Of a stretch of DNA of 64,000 nt, positions 56,194-64,000 are shown one piece after another (within the stretch, counting starts at the first letter, position 1; the number at the start of each line of letters is the position of its first letter). The notes beneath the pieces were generated by a model. The model was not told where the DNA came from. It saw only the letters and a list, made by a program, of their open reading frames with translations, and did not search any database. The DNA comes from Candidatus Hydrogenedentota bacterium (GTDB lineage: Bacteria; Hydrogenedentota; Hydrogenedentia; Hydrogenedentales; SLHB01): contig BTWA01000007.1 of NCBI GenBank assembly GCA_045863295.1, forward strand, positions 8,459 through 72,458, written 5' to 3'. The position numbers and the translations under genes were made by a program.

Positions 56194-57000
56194 ATGGGAA
56201 TGGAAACCGGACTCTCTCATGTGTTGTTTGGATCATCCCGCAAGCCCCTGATCGTATTTTTACATGGGTTCATGGGATCCAAGAACGACTGGACGGATGT
56301 CTCCAGTACGCTGGAGGACCAATTTCACCTAATGTCCGTGGACTTACCCGGTCACGGCGAGAGCCCATTCCCCAATGAACCCGGCTACGGCGTGGCGGAG
56401 CTTTGTGCGGACCTGATAGAGGTCATCGACGAGACGGGTCACGGAACGTTTTCGCTGGTTGGCTATTCCATGGGCGGACGAATCGCGCTCTATCTGGCCA
56501 CCATTTACGCGATGCGCATCGATGCGCTGGTACTGGAATCGGCGTCGCCGGGGATTCAAGACGACGAAGAAAGGCATACTCGCCGTGCGACCGACGAATC
56601 GGTTGCAAATCAATTGGAGACCGGCGATTTCGAGGCATTCCTGCGTGATTGGTATAAACAGCCCCTGTTTCAAAGTTTGCATCGCGCGCCACACCTCATC
56701 GAAGCTGCCATGGAGTCCAAGCGTGGCGGCGATCCCGGCGGGCTGGCCCGCGCGCTTCGCGCCTTTGGACCTGGCACAGTCCCTTCCGTTTGGGGGGATT
56801 TGCCTGCGCACCGCATACCGACGCTCCTGATTACCGGCGATTCTGACAGTAAGTACTGCGATATCGCCAGGTTAATGACACAGCGGTGCGGGCATATGGA
56901 ACACCGTCGCATGGCCGAGGCGGGCCACAATGTGCACTTGGAACAACCCAGTCAGTATACTGACGAATTGCGTCGGTTTCTGCAGACACATCTGGAGTGA
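56194..57000 (+). CDS. menH: SHCHC synthase
   Basis: LHGFMG, GYSMGGR, ESASPG, WYKQPLF and GHNVH motifs; between menD and menB. Confidence 0.93.
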   Translation: MGMETGLSHVLFGSSRKPLIVFLHGFMGSKNDWTDVSSTLEDQFHLMSVDLPGHGESPFPNEPGYGVAELCADLIEVIDETGHGTFSLVGYSMGGRIALYLATIYAMRIDALVLESASPGIQDDEERHTRRATDESVANQLETGDFEAFLRDWYKQPLFQSLHRAPHLIEAAMESKRGGDPGGLARALRAFGPGTVPSVWGDLPAHRIPTLLITGDSDSKYCDIARLMTQRCGHMEHRRMAEAGHNVHLEQPSQYTDELRRFLQTHLE

Positions 57001-57008
57001 CAGGATTT

Positions 57009-57836
57009 ATGGCCTCTGTTGAATGGAAAGCGTGTGGGGACTACACCGATATCAAATATCACAAGTGCGAGGAAGGCATCGCCAAGATCACCATTAACCG
57101 GCCTGAAGTGCGGAATGCATTCCGGCCGCAGACCGTGGACGAGATGTCCGCCGCACTGCACGATGCCCGGTTCGACGCGAATGTCGGCGTAATCGTTCTG
57201 ACAGGCGAGGGGCCGCTGGCCTTTTGTTCCGGGGGCGATCAGCGCATTCGGGGAACGGCGGGATATGTGGATTCGAATACGGGCGCGCATCGGTTGAACG
57301 TGCTCGATTTCCAGCGTCAGATGCGCACCTGCCCGAAGCCCATTATTGCCATGGTGGCGGGATACGCCATTGGAGGCGGACACATCCTGCACATGTTGGC
57401 CGACCTGACCATTGCCGCGGATAATGCGGTATTCGGACAGACCGGTCCCAAGGTGGGTTCGTTCGACGCGGGATACGGATCGGCATACATGGCCCGCATC
57501 ATTGGCCAGAAGAAAGCCCGGGAAATCTGGTTCTTGTGCCGGCAGTACAGTGCGCAACAGGCGTTGGACATGGGTCTGGTCAACACCGTCGTGCCGTTGG
57601 ACCGTCTCGAGGAAGAGACCATTCAGTGGTGCCGGGAAATATTGGCAAATTCACCCATCGCCTTGCGGTGCATCAAAGCCGCGATGAACGCGGATTGCGA
57701 TGGACAGGCTGGACTGCAGGAACTCGCGGGGGATGCGACGATGCTTTTCTACATGTCCGAAGAAGGCCAAGAAGGGCGGAACGCATTTTTGGAAAAGCGC
57801 AAACCGGATTTCTCCAAGTTTCCAAGGAAGCCCTAG
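57009..57836 (+). CDS. menB: 1,4-dihydroxy-2-naphthoyl-CoA synthase
   Basis: [37 protein letters not shown] and KKAREIW motifs. Confidence 0.99.
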   Translation: MASVEWKACGDYTDIKYHKCEEGIAKITINRPEVRNAFRPQTVDEMSAALHDARFDANVGVIVLTGEGPLAFCSGGDQRIRGTAGYVDSNTGAHRLNVLDFQRQMRTCPKPIIAMVAGYAIGGGHILHMLADLTIAADNAVFGQTGPKVGSFDAGYGSAYMARIIGQKKAREIWFLCRQYSAQQALDMGLVNTVVPLDRLEEETIQWCREILANSPIALRCIKAAMNADCDGQAGLQELAGDATMLFYMSEEGQEGRNAFLEKRKPDFSKFPRKP

Positions 57837-57945
57837 ATGCGGCATCCGAGGGAATCGAATGTTTTTGCCACGACCATGGGGATAGGGTGGATACGGTGGA
57901 CCGTGTAATGGGGCGTGCCTGCTCCATCGTTGCCAAGGTGCTGGC

Positions 57946-58851
57946 GTGAAGCCGGGAATGGTGTCCGCATGGGTTATGGCGGCGCGGCCCAAGACGCTGT
58001 GGGCCTCGATTGCGCCGGTGGTGATTGGAACGGCCATGGCTTTTCACTTCGGCCGTGTGGACGTGGCGTCACTTTTCGCGGCCTTGCTGGGCGGTTTGCT
58101 TATTCAAATCGGTACCAACTTTGCAAATGACTATTTCGATTTTGTGAAAGGTACCGACACCGAGGAACGCATTGGCCCGGCCCGTGCCACGCAGAAGGGC
58201 ATGGTGTCACCGGGTACGATGCGAACGGCATTTCTCGTCGTGTTTGCGCTCGTGTTTGTGCCGGGGGCGTACATTCTCTACCGTACCAGTTGGCCGGCAA
58301 GCCTGGCCGGATGGATCTATCTTGCCATAGGATTAAGTTCCATTTTATTTGGGATTCTGTATACCGGAGGGCCGATGCCGCTTGGCTATATCGGCTTGGG
58401 GGACGTGTTCGTGCTCGTTTTCTTTGGTCCTGTGGCGGTCTGCGGCACGTACTATCTCCACGCGGCGGCATTGCCCCAAGTCGTCGTGGTGGCGGGATTG
58501 GCTCCGGGGCTGTTGTCAGTCGCGCTGTTAGCTATCAACAACCTGCGCGATGTGGATCAAGACCGCATGGCGGGGAAAAGGACTCTGGCGGTGCGGTTCG
58601 GCCCGGAATTCGCCCGGGTTGAGTATCTTGTCTGTGTGTTTACCGGCGCGTTTGTGATTCCCATGTTCTTATACGGTTACACGGGAGTCCGCTGGTTTGC
58701 CTTGGTACCCCTGGTTGTGCTCGGCCTTGGGTACCGCGCCATTCGAATCGCGCTGAAAGAGAAGGGGCCAATTCTCAACGACGTGCTTGCATCGACGGGC
58801 AAAATGCTCTTGGTCTTCAGCGTCGTGTTTTCACTGTGTTGGATACTATGA
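57946..58851 (+). CDS. menA: DHNA polyprenyltransferase
   Basis: ARPKTL, NFANDYFD..KGTD, YTGGP and NNLRD..D...GKRTLAVR motifs. Confidence 0.97.
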   Translation: MKPGMVSAWVMAARPKTLWASIAPVVIGTAMAFHFGRVDVASLFAALLGGLLIQIGTNFANDYFDFVKGTDTEERIGPARATQKGMVSPGTMRTAFLVVFALVFVPGAYILYRTSWPASLAGWIYLAIGLSSILFGILYTGGPMPLGYIGLGDVFVLVFFGPVAVCGTYYLHAAALPQVVVVAGLAPGLLSVALLAINNLRDVDQDRMAGKRTLAVRFGPEFARVEYLVCVFTGAFVIPMFLYGYTGVRWFALVPLVVLGLGYRAIRIALKEKGPILNDVLASTGKMLLVFSVVFSLCWIL

Positions 58852-59903
58852 TTATCGCGACTGTCAAGTTATACCGTTACCTGCTTCCCTTGAAGCGACC
58901 GCTAATCTTGCGCACGCGCCGCTTGGAACAACGCACCGGATACCTTGTGCGTTTCATCGATGAGAACGGACGCGAGGGAGTGGGCGAAGCGGCTCCGTTG
59001 CCTGGGTTCAGCCGGGAATGGGTCTACGAGACCAAACTGCAATTGCAGCGCTGCGCCGGGCTTTTGGCCGGGCAAGAAATTTCCAATGTCGAGGAAGCGT
59101 TGAACGGACTGACGCCCGTCGTGGGCACCCTGTTTCCGTCAGTTCGGTTTGGACTGCATACCGCGCTCTCCATGACAAGCGCGGCGGGTTTGCCCGCATC
59201 GCCGTGCCGGGATTTTGTATCCCTGAATGCCCTGATCACGATGGACATGCGGGATTGCGTGGAAGAGTTGAGCCGGATTCGCGAGTCGGGTTACCGTACC
59301 GTCAAGATCAAAGTCGGCAGCGATTATCCCGAGTTGGATGCGGAGGCGGTGCGCAAAATTGCACATGCTCTTGGCGATAGTGTCCGCCTGCGGCTGGATG
59401 CCAACCGGCGCTGGAGTATTCAGAAAGCGCTCCATTTCGCGGAACGCGTGGCCGGCTGCAACATCGAATACGTGGAAGAGCCCGTTAGAAGCCTTGCCGA
59501 GTTGCGCCTGTTTGCTAAACACGCCACCCTGCCGTATGCATTGGATGAGACCTTGCATGACGAAGTGGTGGAACCGCCGCTTGCCGAAGGCGCCGCGGCC
59601 TGGGTTATCAAGCCCACGTTGGGCGGTCTGCAGGCGTTGGACCGCGCGGAATCGAGGGCACACCGGCCAAAGCTCGTGGTCAGTTCCTCCCACGAATCCG
59701 GATTCGGATTGAGTGTGCTCGCGCTCATGGCGGCAAGTCTGAACGACAGCGATGTCCCGGCAGGTTTGGATACCTATGGCTGGTTGGGATCGGATCTTCT
59801 GGCAAAACCTCTTCCACTGCCATCGCCCATCCTCAAGTCTGCCGACGTGCTTGAATCCATGCGCTCGATCGATTTCGGCCGTTGCGAGGAAATCGACTGG
59901 TGA
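58848..59903 (+). CDS. menC: o-succinylbenzoate synthase
   Basis: GEAAPLPGFS, KIKVG, RLDANR, YVEEP, ALDE, KPT, SSSHES and GLDT motifs. Confidence 0.93.
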   Translation: MIIATVKLYRYLLPLKRPLILRTRRLEQRTGYLVRFIDENGREGVGEAAPLPGFSREWVYETKLQLQRCAGLLAGQEISNVEEALNGLTPVVGTLFPSVRFGLHTALSMTSAAGLPASPCRDFVSLNALITMDMRDCVEELSRIRESGYRTVKIKVGSDYPELDAEAVRKIAHALGDSVRLRLDANRRWSIQKALHFAERVAGCNIEYVEEPVRSLAELRLFAKHATLPYALDETLHDEVVEPPLAEGAAAWVIKPTLGGLQALDRAESRAHRPKLVVSSSHESGFGLSVLALMAASLNDSDVPAGLDTYGWLGSDLLAKPLPLPSPILKSADVLESMRSIDFGRCEEIDW

Positions 59904-61243
59904 AAGCGTTGGAAGAAGCCGCAGTCCGCTGGCCGGACCGGCCTTTCTTGAAGTCCGCCGATCAGACGCTGAGTTTTCGAGATACGCTTTCCCTTGTTCA
60001 GTCGCAGCATCCTCGGACAGCGCAATCCACCCTTTCGGATTTTGTTCGGGTGGCGATCGAGCCCGAAGCAAGCGTGTCCGGTATATTGCGTTTGCTGGCT
60101 CACTGGCGAACCGGCGTATGCACGGCACTTCTGAATCCGCGTTGGCCATCCGGTTTGAAACAAGCCGCCGCTGCCCAGACGGGTTGCGTGTTAGAAATGG
60201 GTGCGTCCGGCCCACCGGTTTCCTTCCGCGGGTCAGGCGCCCCTGCGACGATCGTGTTTACGTCCGGCAGTTCCGGATCGCCGAAGGCCGCCGTGCACAG
60301 TCTCAACAATCACCTTGCCAATGCCATCGCATCCAACGGCAACATACGCGTGTTACCCGGCGATGCATGGTTGCTTTCGCTGCCGCTTTATCACGTTTCT
60401 GGCCTGGGAATCCTGTTTCGCTGTTTGGCGGGGGGGGCGTGTGTCGTGCTTCCGGGGGATGCCGCCCTTGGCGAGGCTATACACAGGTTTGCAGTAACGC
60501 ACGTCTCCATGGTCTCCACGCAATTACATCGCATGTTGCAAAAGAGCGAAGACTTGTCCGCATTGCGCTCGTTAAAGGCAATACTTCTGGGAGGGAGCGC
60601 CATTCCCCGATCGACTATCGAAATGGCCCATGAGCACGGGCTGCCCCTGTTTAAGACGTACGGCATGACAGAGACCGCTTCGCAGATAGCCACGACCCGG
60701 CCAGGGGCGACGATTGCCGACCTGTTAAGCGGGGCGCCGCCTATCGTGCCGGGAAGCGTGCGATTGACCGGGGAGGGTGAAATACAAGTTCGTGGCGAAA
60801 CGCTTTTTCTAGGGTATCTGAACCATGACGAGATAGTGCTTCCGATGGATGCCGAAGGCTGGTTTTCCACAGGAGACCTGGGAGAGTTGGACGATCAAGG
60901 GCGATTAATGGTTACGGGCAGAAAAGACAACATGTTCATTTCAGGAGGCGAGAATATCCTGCCTGAGGAAATCGAACAGTGTCTAATGCGCATTCCGGGG
61001 ATCGTTCAGGCATTTGTAGTCCCTGTGCAGGACGAGGAATACGGACAGCGGCCAGTGGCATTTATTGAAACGGACGGAGTCATCGAAGCCGACGTGTGGA
61101 AGGCACAATTGCGGGAATGGCTACCACCCTACAAGGTGCCGCTACGGTTCGAGGCTTTGCCAACGAATCCCACGGGCCTGAAAGTCAGTCGCGCGGACCT
61201 GCAGACCCTAGCGGATCGGATGAGGTCCGGATCAACCGGCTAA
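59900..61243 (+). CDS. menE: o-succinylbenzoate-CoA ligase
   Basis: FTSGSSGSPKA, LPLYHVSG, YGMTETASQ, TGDLG and GRKDNMFISGGENI motifs. Confidence 0.95.
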   Translation: MKALEEAAVRWPDRPFLKSADQTLSFRDTLSLVQSQHPRTAQSTLSDFVRVAIEPEASVSGILRLLAHWRTGVCTALLNPRWPSGLKQAAAAQTGCVLEMGASGPPVSFRGSGAPATIVFTSGSSGSPKAAVHSLNNHLANAIASNGNIRVLPGDAWLLSLPLYHVSGLGILFRCLAGGACVVLPGDAALGEAIHRFAVTHVSMVSTQLHRMLQKSEDLSALRSLKAILLGGSAIPRSTIEMAHEHGLPLFKTYGMTETASQIATTRPGATIADLLSGAPPIVPGSVRLTGEGEIQVRGETLFLGYLNHDEIVLPMDAEGWFSTGDLGELDDQGRLMVTGRKDNMFISGGENILPEEIEQCLMRIPGIVQAFVVPVQDEEYGQRPVAFIETDGVIEADVWKAQLREWLPPYKVPLRFEALPTNPTGLKVSRADLQTLADRMRSGSTG

Positions 61244-62508
61244 CGCCGTAGAAAATCCAAGAAGATGCCGCCGAACAGCGCCTCGCAATCCCGCTTGATT
61301 TCATCCTCATGAACGCTCCATCCCGTCCTCAGCAGGTCACGGTATTTCTCCGCAAGCACATTTCCGATAATCGCCTTGGAATGTTCCCATTTGTAGATGA
61401 CCTGTTCAAGCACACGCGCATCTGAATGTTGCGGCATTATAGTGGGGCCGAGAAGTTCAAGTCGCATGCGGGTCATTTCTTCGATGAGACTGGGGTTGTT
61501 CAAAAACCACCAGCATCCGAACAACAGCAGATTGGGGAACTTGCGCGCGGCCACGCAAATCTCATGCTGGTTCTCGCGGCTCAGCAAAGTGACCATGAAC
61601 TTGTTCTCGGGGTAATCCGAGCAAATGCGCTCCACCGATCCCACGTCGGCCTTGCCGACCCCATCGCCGGCGAGACGCAACGCAGGATTTACGCTGCGCT
61701 TGACGCCAATCATCATGGCAAACGGCACACCTCGATCCTGGGCGACGGGAAGAATGGCCTCTTCAATGAGTCGTACGCGGGTGGATTCCTCGGGATAGGT
61801 GAAATCGGGCGGCAACGATACCGCCATATACAAGGCGTTCATACGCTTCAGATTGTCCGCGAGAAACCGCCTCACTTCATTGATAGCCTTGGGACTGACG
61901 CCCGCGTCGACGGAGTAGCCCCATGCCTGCAATTTGGGGTACGCATTTTTCCAATCATTGAGTATGGGGTCGATGCGCAAGGCCGCATGAAAGCGGGGAT
62001 CGCCGGTGTAGTCGGATTGCCATACCGGGCGTTCCATGTTGTCAAACGGGTCGTTGGTCATGACCACCGAACTTAGATTGGCAATGTGCAGCACATGCCC
62101 GACGTGGTCGTCGATCCGGACCCCGTTGAAATAGGCACGGTAGTCTCTGAGTGACCGCGACCCGGTATCCAGTCCAAGCTTGTCGAGTACGGTCAGTACG
62201 CCCCTGCACGCTTCGCTGATCGGCGATCGATTGATGAACAATTCATTCCAAATCAGGTCCGCCTGCTGTTGCTTCGTCAGGCCGAAAAATGCGCCGGGCT
62301 CCATCCGGGTGGCGCGCAACACTTCAGCAATCAAGTAGTGGTAGGTTAGAAGTTCGTCAATACCGTACAGCAATAAATTGCCAAACGGAGGAGCATACAA
62401 ATGCGTATGCAAATCCGTAACCGGCGTCTCCGCGATAATTCGGTCGACGGTTTGCTGGACGATCGAATTATTCGATTCCAATCCCGGAAAGCTGGCGGTG
62501 GTGGACAC
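61240..62508 (-). CDS. Uronate (glucuronate) isomerase, divergent amidohydrolase-fold type
   Basis: DLHTHL, LTYHYL, MTNDPFD, GCWWFLN, PQHSDAR and YKWEHS motifs; AGGAG SD. Confidence 0.85.
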   Translation of the reverse strand: MSTTASFPGLESNNSIVQQTVDRIIAETPVTDLHTHLYAPPFGNLLLYGIDELLTYHYLIAEVLRATRMEPGAFFGLTKQQQADLIWNELFINRSPISEACRGVLTVLDKLGLDTGSRSLRDYRAYFNGVRIDDHVGHVLHIANLSSVVMTNDPFDNMERPVWQSDYTGDPRFHAALRIDPILNDWKNAYPKLQAWGYSVDAGVSPKAINEVRRFLADNLKRMNALYMAVSLPPDFTYPEESTRVRLIEEAILPVAQDRGVPFAMMIGVKRSVNPALRLAGDGVGKADVGSVERICSDYPENKFMVTLLSRENQHEICVAARKFPNLLLFGCWWFLNNPSLIEEMTRMRLELLGPTIMPQHSDARVLEQVIYKWEHSKAIIGNVLAEKYRDLLRTGWSVHEDEIKRDCEALFGGIFLDFLRR

Positions 62509-62592
62509 GGTATGACTCCTGAAGTTGCCGTCATTATACAGTATTCGGGCCGGACATCGAAGGTGCTCGCCCTCTACACGGTCCGCCCGGAA

Positions 62593-64000
62593 TCATGCCA
62601 AAGGGCTTGTAAACAGGTACCTCCCGGAGTCTACATGATATATGGCCGATTCCCCTTCCATTCTGACAAACGTAACGTACGGTGCGTTGCTCACGGGACC
62701 GCCCGATTCGGTGATACCCGTCGGATACTTAGTGGGGACATAGACTAACGCGGTGCAGTTGGGCGGCACCGTGACGGACATTTCCAGCGTATCATGACGA
62801 ATGCGCCAAGACGACGCGATCTCGCCCTGAATCGAATCGTAGTTCGCGTTCGCGAATGGAAAGTCGCCGCCCAACTCGGGTTTGATGATGAATTGGCGAT
62901 ACGCGGGTGTGTCCGGATGCAGATCGATTCCCGCAACGTGCCGGTAGAGCCAATCGCCGACGGCGCCAAAGGAGTAATGGTTAAACGAATTCATGCCGGG
63001 GTCCTGAAAACCCTTGTCGTGGGTCCAGCCGTCCCAGCGCTCCCACATGGTCGTTGCGCCGTAACGGATGGTATACCCCCAGGAGGGATAGGTGTCGTTG
63101 AGAAGCAGGCGATACGCAATGTCGCTCCGGCCGATTTGTGACAATACAAGATTGATGAACGAGCAACCCATGAACCCGGTGGATAGGTGCCAATCCCTTT
63201 TTTCAATTAGATGTACCAGACGATCGGCAGCCGTCCGCCGGTCCTGTTCGTGCAGCAAATTGAAGTAGATGGCCAGGATATAGCTGGTCTGCGTGTCTCC
63301 CTCAAGAGTCCCGTCTTGCCGCCAGAAAGTCCTTGTGAATGCTTCTCGTATTTGATGGAACAAATTCTGGTACTTCGTCACGTCGCCCGTCTTGCCCAGG
63401 ACCCGCGCGATTCGGGACATCAGATCGGTTGAATAAGCGAAGAACGCGGTCGCGATTAGCTCCTTTACGGAGTCGTCCTTGTTGTTCAGCCAGTCGCCAT
63501 AGTTGTTGTTCAATCGTTCCCGGCGAATGAAATCTTTGCTGCCGTCCAGTTGGTATTGAATGAACCTTGCCATCGAGTCATAGTGGCGATCGAGTATCCT
63601 TGTGTCTCCATAGCACAGATACATGGTCCAAGGGCATATGATGCCCGCATCGGCCCAAGCGGGCGCGCCATCCACATTGTGCGCGCCGCGAGGCGCCACA
63701 TCCGGGAAGCAACCCTCGGCGGACTGGCCGTCAACGACATCGACGATCCATTTTGTCATGAATGCAGCGATATCGAAATTGTATGCGCCCGTGCGAATGA
63801 AAACTTGGGCATCGCCCATCCAGCCCAGACGCTCATCCCGTTGTGGACAGTCCGTTGGAATCTCAAGATAGTTGCCGCGCTGGCCCCATTCGATGTTGTG
63901 TTGAAGTTGGTTGACCATGGGATTCGGCGAAACGAACTGTCCGGTGTGGGTCATGTCGGAGTGGGCCACGATTCCGGTAATGGTATCGCCGTTGGGAATG
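62593..64000 (-). CDS. Alpha-L-rhamnosidase (GH78), 5' part outside the window
   Basis: PTDCPQRDERLGWMGD, YGDW, GATTMWERW and MNSFNHYSFG motifs; frame open to the window end. Confidence 0.93.
   Translation of the reverse strand, partial: IPNGDTITGIVAHSDMTHTGQFVSPNPMVNQLQHNIEWGQRGNYLEIPTDCPQRDERLGWMGDAQVFIRTGAYNFDIAAFMTKWIVDVVDGQSAEGCFPDVAPRGAHNVDGAPAWADAGIICPWTMYLCYGDTRILDRHYDSMARFIQYQLDGSKDFIRRERLNNNYGDWLNNKDDSVKELIATAFFAYSTDLMSRIARVLGKTGDVTKYQNLFHQIREAFTRTFWRQDGTLEGDTQTSYILAIYFNLLHEQDRRTAADRLVHLIEKRDWHLSTGFMGCSFINLVLSQIGRSDIAYRLLLNDTYPSWGYTIRYGATTMWERWDGWTHDKGFQDPGMNSFNHYSFGAVGDWLYRHVAGIDLHPDTPAYRQFIIKPELGGDFPFANANYDSIQGEIASSWRIRHDTLEMSVTVPPNCTALVYVPTKYPTGITESGGPVSNAPYVTFVRMEGESAIYHVDSGRYLFTSPLA

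Noticed and set aside
1..64000. tRNA, rRNA, transposase, integrase or phage genes
   Set aside because: No such signatures seen by eye; tRNAscan-SE, barrnap and ISEScan would be needed to confirm absence

Overview
Bacterial chromosomal DNA, fairly GC-rich and densely coding (about 60 CDS). I saw no rRNA, tRNA, CRISPR array, IS or prophage genes. The many Tat-exported Gfo/Idh/MocA oxidoreductases, ThuA, GH78, BNR sialidase-like, SASA and sulfatase-like genes suggest a glycan-degrading lineage such as Candidatus Hydrogenedentota or PVC; this is an unverified inference. Recognisable content: rfbD-rfbB; tpiA-secG; murA-hisD-hisC; apt; a short sigma70-family factor; tadA; a class II aldolase / SorE-like / SrlD sugar operon; an ECF sigma with an anti-sigma-VWA (YfbK-like) partner; yjfB; a short GGQ release-factor-like gene; creD; three tandem Tat-Gfo paralogs; a carotenoid-glycoside cluster whose first gene (crtI) survives only as a 3' fragment; rarA; higBA plus a decayed higA; truA; a LysM-M23 peptidase; a classical menaquinone operon (menG/ubiE, menFDHBACE); a uronate isomerase; and a partial GH78. 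The most novel-looking element is at the left edge: a ~230-nt minus-strand non-coding unit with a near-consensus sigma28 promoter, two CsrA-type GGA hairpins, four hairpins with AUCC loops and a terminator, i.e. a candidate flagellar-regulon sRNA. Other highlights are a structured leader before an extended SDR gene, a Cys-nucleophile alpha/beta hydrolase in the carotenoid cluster, and an internally duplicated Rossmann segment in the SorE-like enzyme. All protein calls come from motif recognition by eye; no database searches were run.
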